NCBI GenBank assembly: GCA_964291395.2
Contig: OZ219856.1
Span: 2,572,439-2,636,438, forward strand
Length of the DNA stretch: 64,000 nt
Direction of reading: 5' to 3'
Source: Alphaproteobacteria bacterium
Lineage (GTDB): Bacteria > Pseudomonadota > Alphaproteobacteria > UBA2966
Shown: positions 20,481-28,447 of the stretch, piece after piece
Position numbering within the stretch: position 1 is the first letter of the stretch
Layout: the number at the start of each line of letters is the position of its first letter
Made by a program: the position numbers and the translations under genes
The notes under the pieces: generated by a model
What the model was told of the DNA's origin: nothing
Seen by the model: the letters and a program-made list of their open reading frames with translations, nothing else
The model's database searches: none

Positions 20481-20864
20481 ATGCCCCTGCGTCTCGCACG
20501 CCGCAAACCTCGGCTCGTCGCGCCGCACGCTGCGGTAGCGGCGATGCTTGCCGTCGGCGCGACGCTCGTCCTCAGCGCGGCAGGCATGGGCTCCGGCATC
20601 CCGGACGAATACTTCGGTCTGCCCGACGATACGGGTCGCGAGGAAGTCATGGCCTATTGCGGCGCCTGCCATTCCATGAAGCTGGTGGCGCAACAAGGAC
20701 TGACCCGTGCCGACTGGGCGGATGTCCTGGTGGAGATGTACGAAGAGCAGGACATGGAGGTACTCGAAAAGGAGGACGCGAAACTGATCCTCGACTACCT
20801 CGCCAAGCATGTCGGCCTCGAAAACCGGAAGCGGCGCCTTGAAGAGCTCGGGATAGTCCCCTGA
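20481..20864 (+). CDS. Small monoheme cytochrome c (SorB-like partner)
   Basis: CGACH heme motif, signal peptide, ILDYLA; directly downstream of the sulfite oxidase gene. Confidence 0.75.
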   Translation: MPLRLARRKPRLVAPHAAVAAMLAVGATLVLSAAGMGSGIPDEYFGLPDDTGREEVMAYCGACHSMKLVAQQGLTRADWADVLVEMYEEQDMEVLEKEDAKLILDYLAKHVGLENRKRRLEELGIVP

Positions 20865-20972
20865 GCAAAGGCGCCGCCGGTATGGGCCATGCTGGCCCAT
20901 GACCGGGCATACCGACCGGACTTCGTCAGCCAACCGGCATGAACGCGGCTGGCGACACGATCGGTTCACACC

Positions 20973-21017
20973 TTGACAGGTCCGACGCATGCTCATAAAA
21001 AACTACTATATACTATA
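20973..21017 (+). promoter_or_regulatory. Putative sigma70 promoter/operator of vapBC
   Basis: TTGACA (20973-78), 17 bp spacer, TAAAAA; TACTATA direct repeat at 21004-21017. Confidence 0.4.
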
Positions 21018-21031
21018 AAGAGATTGGGCTC

Positions 21032-21277
21032 ATGCGCACCGTTTCTCTCATGATCGCCAACCAGGAGTTCTCCAAGCTGATCAAGGAAGTCGAGCATGGC
21101 GAAGCCGTCGTGATCACTCGGCGCGGTCGCCCCATAGCCAAGCTGGTGCCCCATACGGCCGACAAGACCGCAGATCCGGAATGGGCGGCCGCCTACAGGC
21201 GGATGATGGAGCGGCTGGAGGAAGGCGCTCCGCTCGGCGGACTGCGGGTCGAGCGGGACGCTCTCTATGACCGTTAA
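21032..21277 (+). CDS. vapB: Phd/YefM-family antitoxin
   Basis: FSKLIKEVEHGEAVVITRRGRPIAKLVP; overlaps PIN toxin gene. Confidence 0.9.
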   Translation: MRTVSLMIANQEFSKLIKEVEHGEAVVITRRGRPIAKLVPHTADKTADPEWAAAYRRMMERLEEGAPLGGLRVERDALYDR

Positions 21278-21725
21278 GGGTCGCTTCTCGCTCGACACGA
21301 ACATCCTCGTCTATGCCGTTGATCGCGATGCGGGCGAACGCCACCGGCGATCCAGGGAGCTCATGGGGCAGGCCGCTCTGCGCGACTGCGTGCTCACGGT
21401 CCAGGCACTCGCGGAGTTCTTCCATGCGACGACACGGAAGAACCTCCTCGAGCCCGAGCACGCAAGTGCCTTCGTGCGAAGCTGGCTCGACGTGTTCAAG
21501 GTCGCTTCGGCAGACGATTCGGCTCTCCTCGACGCCATGGACGCGGTCGAGGAGCATCACCTTTCTTTGTGGGACGCCATGCTCTGGGCCGCGGCCCGGC
21601 AGACTGGCTGCTCGGCCATCCTCAGCGAAGACACGCAGGACGGCCGACGTCTGGGCGGCGTCGAGTTCATCAATCCTTTTGTCGGTGACGCCGCGACCCG
21701 CCTCACGGCGCTGCTTGAAGCATGA
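21267..21725 (+). CDS. vapC: PIN-domain toxin
   Basis: LDTNILVYA, LAEF, WDAML, LSED acidic residues intact. Confidence 0.9.
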   Translation: MTVKGRFSLDTNILVYAVDRDAGERHRRSRELMGQAALRDCVLTVQALAEFFHATTRKNLLEPEHASAFVRSWLDVFKVASADDSALLDAMDAVEEHHLSLWDAMLWAAARQTGCSAILSEDTQDGRRLGGVEFINPFVGDAATRLTALLEA

Positions 21726-21838
21726 TCCCCGCTGCACCGTCTCGGCCGCGCCGGCGCTCGCGAGACCGGACACGATAATCAAGCCGGCATTCAAAGGCAG
21801 AAGTCGACGAGGTCTCCTGGTTCGATCGCATCACCGAA

Positions 21839-21882
21839 GCGGCTTGCAAGAACGGTGCGCAGATTTCGTGGCACGGCGCGGC
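21839..21882 (+). repeat. 44-bp diverged copy of an internal segment of the downstream methyltransferase gene (23420-23463)
   Basis: 41/44 identical; the three differences are synonymous in the GLQERCADFVARRG frame. Confidence 0.85.
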
Positions 21883-21932
21883 TCAAAAGGCTGTGCAATC
21901 CCGGCCTCTCCCAAGATCGCCATTCGAAAGGC

Positions 21933-22226
21933 TCAAGCGGCCTTGGCGAGTTGCTTCACGGTCTTCCTTATCGCGGGTCCGTTATCACGCTCGGCAACCT
22001 CGAGCTCGTAATGGGACTGGAGGTTGAGCCAGAACGACGCGGACACGCCGAAGGCCCGCTCGAGCCTGAGCGCGGTGTCGGCCGTGATGCCGCGCCGGCC
22101 GCGCACGATGTCGCTGATTCGGTTCTGCGGGATGCCGAGCGCCTTCGACAGGCCGTTGGCGCTGAGCTCGTAGGGTTCCATGAAATCCTCGCGGAGAGTC
22201 ACGCCCGGGTGTATGGGTCCGATCAT
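21933..22226 (-). CDS. higA: HigA antitoxin (HTH)
   Basis: PIHPGVTLREDF, ISDIVRGRRGITADTALRL, FWLNLQSHYEL. Confidence 0.93.
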   Translation of the reverse strand: MIGPIHPGVTLREDFMEPYELSANGLSKALGIPQNRISDIVRGRRGITADTALRLERAFGVSASFWLNLQSHYELEVAERDNGPAIRKTVKQLAKAA

Positions 22227-22504
22227 CGGTGGTAGTCCGTTATCTCTACGTTGGCGGGTCCATCCTTCCAGTCGAACACGATGCGGTATCGCTCGTTGAT
22301 GGCGACGGTCCACTACCCTTCGCGATTCCCTCTGAGCCTGTGGAGCCTCGCGCCGGGGTTGTTTCGCAGGTCGTCCAGCGTGGTCGTCGCGTTCAGAACG
22401 TTGAGCCTGCGTTTGGCCTGGGCCTGAATGCCCTGGAAGCGGCGCACCCGCCGGTCGCGCCAAACCGCCTCCGTATCCCTGTCCACGAACGACCGTATCG
22501 CCAT
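22223..22504 (-). pseudogene. higB: HigB toxin with internal TAG
   Basis: MAIRSF...LHRLRGNREG*WTVAINERYRIVFDW...VEITDYHR; frame continues past TAG at 22313-22315 to an ATGA overlap with higA. Confidence 0.9.
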
Positions 22505-22552
22505 GTCCAATGTGTAATACGGTGCTCGTATATGTCAAGACTCCGCCACTCG

Positions 22553-22641
22553 ACGGGCGTCGAGATCCAGGGCATCGATCTCGCGTCGGACATGAGCGGA
22601 TCATGCGCCATGTCCAGGTCGCCGGGGACAGATCCGTCTGA
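22553..22641 (+). pseudogene. Collapsed TauD/TfdA dioxygenase remnant
   Basis: TGVEIQGIDLASDMS (N-terminal motif) joined out of frame to ERIMRHVQVAGDRSV* (C-terminal motif). Confidence 0.55.
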
Positions 22642-22752
22642 TTCGGACGTTCAGGACCGGCGGCCAAGAGACCCGCGGCCCCGGTCTTGCGCGTGACGCC
22701 GGACACGGCGCACGTCGAGCGTGATACACTTGTCTTTCGGGAGAAGCGTCCG

Positions 22753-23643
22753 ATGTCGTCCACCGGTCCGGCAGTCCAACGACCAAGCAAGACCGCGGAG
22801 TTGGCCGCGGCCGTTCGTGCGCTGCACCTTCGACGCGCCCGGTCTCCCGTATTCTACGACGATCTGGCGCTGGAGATGTGTGGACCGTTCTGGCGTACCG
22901 TGGTCTCCAGCAGGCTTTTGTCCTGGTTGGTCGTCGACGGCATCTTACGGCGCCTGGCGCCCATTTCGCCGGCTGTCTATACCCGCGCCCGGTTCGGCGA
23001 GGATTGTCTGGAAGCAGCCATTGGCCGGGGCGTCGAGCAGTACGTGATCGTAGGGGCCGGCTATGAAACCTTCGCGATGCGCCGCCAAGACCTCATGGCG
23101 CGGCTGACGGTTTACGAACTGGATCAGCCGGCAACGCAGGAATCGAAGCGGCGGCGCATGCGGAAGGCGGGAATCCCGATGCCGGAAGGACTACGCTACG
23201 TCGCTGCCGACCTGAATGCCGAGACTCTGTATGACGCGTTGGGGCGGGCCGGCTTCGATGCCTCGCGGCAGACGCTTTTTTCCTGGTTCGGTGTCACCTA
23301 CTATCTCGGCAAGGATGCCATACGGGAGACCCTGGAAAGCATCGCCGGCAAGATGGCGCCCGGCTCGTCCGTGATGTTCGACTATCTCGCGGATCCGGCA
23401 TGGACGCCCGTCGCGTGGCGCGGCCTGCAGGAACGGTGCGCCGATTTCGTGGCACGGCGCGGCGAACCTTGGGTATCGAGCTTCGATCCGGCTGAGATGC
23501 CCGACTTTCTTACCGGCATCGGGTATTCGGAAATCAACAATCTCGAACCGGACCGGATCGGCAGCGAGTATTTCTCCGCCGATCCGGATCTCGTCTATCC
23601 TCCCGTCATCGGCTTTTGCCATGCGGCCACGTCGACGGGATGA
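22753..23643 (+). CDS. SAM-dependent methyltransferase, LCM/YktD-like family
   Basis: SKTAELAAAVRA, QYVIVGAGYET, VYELDQPATQ, WFGVTYYL. Confidence 0.88.
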   Translation: MSSTGPAVQRPSKTAELAAAVRALHLRRARSPVFYDDLALEMCGPFWRTVVSSRLLSWLVVDGILRRLAPISPAVYTRARFGEDCLEAAIGRGVEQYVIVGAGYETFAMRRQDLMARLTVYELDQPATQESKRRRMRKAGIPMPEGLRYVAADLNAETLYDALGRAGFDASRQTLFSWFGVTYYLGKDAIRETLESIAGKMAPGSSVMFDYLADPAWTPVAWRGLQERCADFVARRGEPWVSSFDPAEMPDFLTGIGYSEINNLEPDRIGSEYFSADPDLVYPPVIGFCHAATSTG

Positions 23644-23977
23644 AATTGCGCCCCGAATCCGACCGGCCCTCACGTTTGGCGCGACGCGTAGAGTTGGAGT
23701 CGTAGTTCTCTCGGTCGCCGGCGCGTTCCGCGTCGCCTTCGCCGCACAGAGCGGAACACGCCCTGACTCGGCCTCGACCGGGTCGTTTCGATATCGGCGG
23801 AAACGGGTCTTATGAGTCTGGCCCGACCGTCCCGTGCCGATCTTCAACATATAATGCGAGAACTTGCCGTCGCCGCCCTATGCCGTCAAACTCCGGGTAG
23901 GAATACCGCCTCGTCGAATCGTCCACGATGACGACGTCCGGCGCATGTGGTGGTCGTTCAAAAGGAGACAGACCAAA

Positions 23978-25378
23978 GTGGCGATTAATCGACACATCCA
24001 TACCGGTTTTGGTTTTCGGTCTTTGGGGATCAGTGCCCTTACTGGTCTTTTGGCCGTTTCGTTCTTGGCGTTTTTTCCGAGTGAGGCGCAGGCGGCCCTG
24101 GACGGTGAAGCCCAGTTCGTTCTGAACAGCTTTTCGTTCCTGATCTGGGGGGCGCTGGTGATGTGGATGTGCGCCGGGTTCACCATGCTCGAATCGGGCT
24201 CGGTGCGCACCAAGAACGCATCGGTGATCTGCCTCAAGAACATTGGCCTCTATTCCATAGCCGGTCTGATGTTCTACCTGGTCGGCTACAACATCATGTA
24301 TGTCGGGGTCCCGGAAGGCGGCTGGTTCGGCACGCTGACTCTGTTCTACGGCACCACGGGCGACGAGGTGACGCTGCTCGGCGGCGGCGACGACGCGGCC
24401 AAGGCGGGCGCGGCGGTGGTCAAGAACGGCTATTCGACGATGTCTGACTGGTTCTTCCAGATGGTGTTCGTCGCAACCACCGCCTCCATCGTCTCCGGAA
24501 CCCTGGCCGAGCGGGTCAAGCTCTGGTCCTTCCTCCTGTTCATCACCGTGCTGACCGCGATCATCTACCCGGTCATCGGGTCGTGGACCTGGGGCGGCGG
24601 CTGGCTCTCGGCAATGGGCTTCCAAGATTTCGCCGGCTCGACGATCGTCCACTCGACCGGCGGCTGGGCGGCGCTCGCCGGCGCCCTGGTCGTCGGCGCG
24701 CGCAAGGGCAAGTTCCGCGAGGACGGCAGCGTGAAATCCACCCCGCCCTCCAACGTGCCGGCGGTGACGCTCGGCGTGTTCATCCTCTGGCTCGGCTGGT
24801 TCGGATTCAACGGCGGTTCGCAGCTGGCGCTCAGCGGCGCCGCCGATGCCGTGGCCATCAGCAACATCCTCGCCAACACCAATCTCGCGGCGGCCGCCGG
24901 CGTGCTCGCCGCGATGGCGCTGTCGCGGCCGGTGCTCGGGCGCGTCGACCTGCTGGCGAGCCTGAACGGCGCCATCGGCGGACTGGTGGCGATCACCGCG
25001 GGACCCGACATCGTCGACCACTACTGGGCGGTGGTAATCGGCGCGGTCGGCGGCGCCATCGTGGTACTCGGCGTGAAGGTGCTCGACCGGCTCAAGGTCG
25101 ACGACGTGGTGGGCGCGGTTCCCGCGCATCTGTTCGCCGGAGTCTGGGGCACGCTCGCGGTGTGCATCGCCGCCGGGGGCAGTTTCCTCGTGCAGCTCAC
25201 CGGGATCGTCGCCATCGGCGCGTTCGTGTTCGCCTCCTCCTGGATGGTATGGTGGGCGATCAACATGACACTCGGCGCCCGCATCACGCCGGTGACCGAG
25301 GACCTGGGCCAAGATGTGGCGGAGCTGGGCATCGAGGCCTATCCCGAGTTCGTCGTCGTCCCCGACTCCGACGACTGA
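23978..25378 (+). CDS. amtB: Ammonium transporter
   Basis: FQMVFVATTASIVSG, DFAGSTIVH, WLGWFGFNGGS, DDVVGAVPAH; GTG start after AAGGAG; no adjacent glnK. Confidence 0.95.
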   Translation: MAINRHIHTGFGFRSLGISALTGLLAVSFLAFFPSEAQAALDGEAQFVLNSFSFLIWGALVMWMCAGFTMLESGSVRTKNASVICLKNIGLYSIAGLMFYLVGYNIMYVGVPEGGWFGTLTLFYGTTGDEVTLLGGGDDAAKAGAAVVKNGYSTMSDWFFQMVFVATTASIVSGTLAERVKLWSFLLFITVLTAIIYPVIGSWTWGGGWLSAMGFQDFAGSTIVHSTGGWAALAGALVVGARKGKFREDGSVKSTPPSNVPAVTLGVFILWLGWFGFNGGSQLALSGAADAVAISNILANTNLAAAAGVLAAMALSRPVLGRVDLLASLNGAIGGLVAITAGPDIVDHYWAVVIGAVGGAIVVLGVKVLDRLKVDDVVGAVPAHLFAGVWGTLAVCIAAGGSFLVQLTGIVAIGAFVFASSWMVWWAINMTLGARITPVTEDLGQDVAELGIEAYPEFVVVPDSDD

Positions 25379-26682
25379 GAGGCGGACAATGCGTGAGGGT
25401 GAGTGGCGCCGTCCGGCGTGCCTTCGAAGATGAAGTCATTCAGAAAGATGCGCTGACCGAACAGGTTACGCTCGACCTCGGTCAATCCAGCTTCCTTGCA
25501 GATGTCGTCCCATTCGTCCCGGATGGCGCCGATCTGCCGATCTATGATGTCCCTCGCCGCTTTCGCGCTGAGCTGGAAATTGGGCGCGGCCTCCAGGCAG
25601 GTCGCAAGCGTGCTCGTCCGATTGTCTCCGACGATCAACATCGCCTGGCTGGCCACATTGCCGGAACGGCTTTGCGGGCAGATGTCATAGGCAGGCGTCA
25701 GGGTCAGGCGTTCGCCGTCCCAGAAGCCCGCATGGTTGCGGGCGTGGTCGTCGGTATTGCCGCACAGGACGTTGAACACGAGCCGTCCGTAAAGCTCGTG
25801 CAACGTCGCCTTCGGCGAGGTGAAGCGGTGCCGAATGATTTCCGCGAGGACTTCATAGCTGGCGTAACGCGCCATCATTTCATCGAGACCGAACAGCGTC
25901 AGCGCCGAGACCATCGCCTTGCGCGTCCAGCCGTCTTTCGTCTTCACGCGGTCGAAACGCTCGACCAGCAGCACGTTCTTGCCGGCGACATGCGTAATAC
26001 GCACGGGAGCGACGTCGAGCCCCGCCTTGGCAGCAAGGCGCATGGCGACATATTCCGCCTTCACCACGTTATAGGTGTCGGTCGAAGACGAGAACTTGGC
26101 GATCATCTTCGTGTCGCCTTCCTGGATCGTCGCCTTCGGGCGCGCGCCGCCGAGCGACGTACCGTGCAACAGCGCTTGATCGAGATCGGGCGTCAGCGGC
26201 ACGCCATTCTCGACTTTCTCGGCGGCGCTCAGCAGCTCTTCGAGCGTCGCGGCTTGGACGGCGCGCGACACGTACTCGGAAGGGGAGCGCTGGAAGTCCA
26301 GGGCGCCGATTCGGTCGGAGCCGGACTCCGAGCAGATAGGTCAGCTCGTCGAGCGCAGCGGTGTCGACATGCATTGCCCTTGCGCCCGAAGGTCCGGTTC
26401 AGGATGACGCGACGGCCCCACGCATCCGGCGCGGCGTCGCGCAGACATCCGGCCATGCTCAGCCCGGCATTCGGGCGCAATCGCTCCGCTGCGCAGCGGC
26501 AGTTCCGGCTCGTAGATCGGAATGCGGTCATTCCGATCCAGATAGCTCTGGCCGTAGTTGAAGATCAGCCGCTCGCCGTCACGCGCGATTCGACCGGCGA
26601 CGACCGGTGCCGTCGCGCCGGGCAGCCATACCCAGACATAGGCTTCCTCCGGCGCTTTCGTGTCGGGGCGATCAGAAGTCAT
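25339..26682 (-). pseudogene. hipA: HipA-family kinase toxin with three +1 frameshifts
   Basis: Consecutive frames give FNYGQSYL, LRDAAPDAWGRRV, LDELTYLL, DRIGALDF, SLGGARPKA, GNTDDHARN, LTPAYD. Confidence 0.88.
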
Positions 26683-27010
26683 CCTTCACCTTCTTCGTTC
26701 CGGTGCGGACGGATTGCGGCAGCAGGGTGAGCTTGTCGCGTTCCATCGACAGATGGCGCGTCAGCGTTGTCGGTTCGGCTTGGAACAAGCGCAGCCCGAC
26801 AATGGCGGCCACCTCGAAGGCCGCGCCGATGGAGGAGCCCATTTCGCCTTTTTCGATGCGGTGCACGAGGCCGCGCGAAGTCCCGGCGCGTTCGGCGACA
26901 TCGGCGACCGTGATGCCGCGTTCGATGCGCGCGTTACGGATCATGAGCCCAAGAAGCTCTGCGGCTTCGCGGGCATAGCGGGAATAGCTTCTGTTTGCGG
27001 GCTTCGCCAT
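26672..27010 (-). CDS. hipB: XRE-family HTH antitoxin (HipB-like)
   Basis: LGLMIRNARIERGITVADVAERAGTSRGLVHRIEKG; overlaps hipA start. Confidence 0.85.
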   Translation of the reverse strand: MAKPANRSYSRYAREAAELLGLMIRNARIERGITVADVAERAGTSRGLVHRIEKGEMGSSIGAAFEVAAIVGLRLFQAEPTTLTRHLSMERDKLTLLPQSVRTGTKKVKDDF

Positions 27011-27019
27011 TGCTTTGTT

Positions 27020-27150
27020 TGATCCATAAATAGATCATGAATAAGGGTCATGACTTATTTATAGATTATTCCAGTGGATTTCAAGTGGATTGGAAAGTCT
27101 GAGTTCCATAAATTGATTGTAAGATAGATTAATGATCCGTTTATAGAACA
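27020..27150. promoter_or_regulatory. Four 18-bp palindromic operators (TGATC-N8-GATCA) upstream of hipB
   Basis: Copies at 27020, 27051, 27102, 27133 in an AT-rich tract; two pairs each spaced 31 bp. Confidence 0.7.
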
Positions 27151-27219
27151 GATATGTTGGATTGAGCCGCCATATAAAGCCCATGTGTTGGTTCAAAGCC
27201 AAATAGGGCTTTGCGCCAA

Positions 27220-27360
27220 AGGACTACGAACGAGAAGCGGCTGCCGTTCGCCGCCCAGGTGCCGAATGCCACCACCGTCAAAGCCATGAAGGAACTCGAC
27301 GACTGCGAGGGCGAGCGCGTCGGAAGCGTCGAGAAGTTGTTCGAGGACATCGGCGGCTGA
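27220..27360 (+). pseudogene. dinJ: DinJ/RelB antitoxin, 5'-truncated remnant
   Basis: RTTNEKRLPFAAQVPNATTVKAMKELDD...VEKLFEDIGG*; N-terminal half absent. Confidence 0.75.
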
Positions 27361-27361
27361 T

Positions 27362-27635
27362 GTGCTGATCCCGGTCCGGTCCACGCAATTCAGGCGCGAC
27401 GTGAGGAGAGCGCAAAAGGCGGGGCAAGGACCTGACCTAGTTGCGGCCTCCGCTGACGGCACCGATCCAACAGGAACCTTTGCCCGTGGGCTATCGCGAT
27501 CATCCGTTGCGAGGGATCTGGAAAAGTTACCGGGAGTTTCATATCGAGCCCGAGTGGCTGTTGATTTACCGCGTCAAGGGAGACGAGTTGCATTTGGTCC
27601 GCACCGGGTCCCACGCCGACCTTTTCGATGAGTAG
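27362..27635 (+). pseudogene. yafQ: YafQ toxin with frameshift and internal stop
   Basis: STQFRRDVRRAQK[fs]RGKDLT*L...YRDHPLRGIWKSYREFHIEPEWLLIY...VRTGSHADLF. Confidence 0.88.
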
Positions 27636-27980
27636 CACTGACAACGAGGCGTTGTCCCTGCGGAGGATAGCTGCCCTGGTCCCGTTTCAGCCCGCGCTCT
27701 GTCCGTCCTGGTGGCGCCGCGCGTTCGGGGGAAAGGGACGCGAGGGGACCGGGGATCGAGGAAGAGAAAACTGACGGATCATGACGGTCATTCGACGTAT
27801 CCCAAGGCGCCTGCGATTACCGTCCGTGACGCAATGCATGATACCCACAACACCAACTTGACCCCTCCATCAAAACCGGGGACCATCCGGAGAGAATGCA
27901 TGGGTCATCGGTTCCGGGGATGACCGGTCTCGAGCCGGCATCCCGGAGCCGTCCGTGGCTTGATGAAACGCTTGTTCAGG

Positions 27981-28422
27981 GTGTGACGAAATCGCTGTCC
28001 TCGAAATCTCGCTGACCAACGATCTTCAGGAGATCGCCGTCGCGGCGGAGCAAATCGAAGAATTCTGCGCCGCGCGCGACCTGTCGCCGGCCATCGCCTA
28101 CGCCGTCAACCTGTCGATCGATGAACTGCTGACCAACACGATCAACTACGGGTATGACGACGGCGTCCGGCACCGGATCGACATCGCGGTGCACATGGAC
28201 GGGAGCGTCATCGTCGTCGAGATCACCGACGACGCCAAGCCGTTCGATCCGTCCGGAGTCGCGCAACCGGATACCGATATCCCGCTCGAGGACCGGCCGG
28301 TCGGCGGGCTGGGCATTCACTTGGTCCGCGAAATGATGGACGAGTTCCGATATCGCCGCAGCGGGGAACACAACATCGTGACCTTTACCAAAAACACGAA
28401 GGATGCCGGGACGGCGGTATAG
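27981..28422 (+). CDS. RsbW-like anti-sigma factor Ser/Thr kinase (no in-frame start; possibly frameshifted at 5' end)
   Basis: LEISLTNDLQEI, LSIDELLTNTINYGY, ITDDAKPFDP, RPVGGLGIHLV; frame open from 27967 but no ATG/GTG/TTG until 28189. Confidence 0.8.
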
Positions 28423-28447
28423 GGGCGCCGGGAGTGGCGCCGTGCGG

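Noticed and set aside
22313-22315. Pyrrolysine or genetic-code reassignment of TAG (also TAG in yafQ)
   Set aside because: TAG ends several intact genes here, no pyl genes are seen, and yafQ has other lesions
22227-22790. Long N-terminal extension on HigA
   Set aside because: Overlaps higB in another frame; the ATGA-coupled ATG at 22226 gives a normal-length HigA
24583-26730. 715-aa plus-strand ORF, and similar long ORFs such as 28796-30481, 31029-32675, 43623-45431
   Set aside because: Off-frame or antisense shadows of well-supported genes in high-GC DNA; no family motifs
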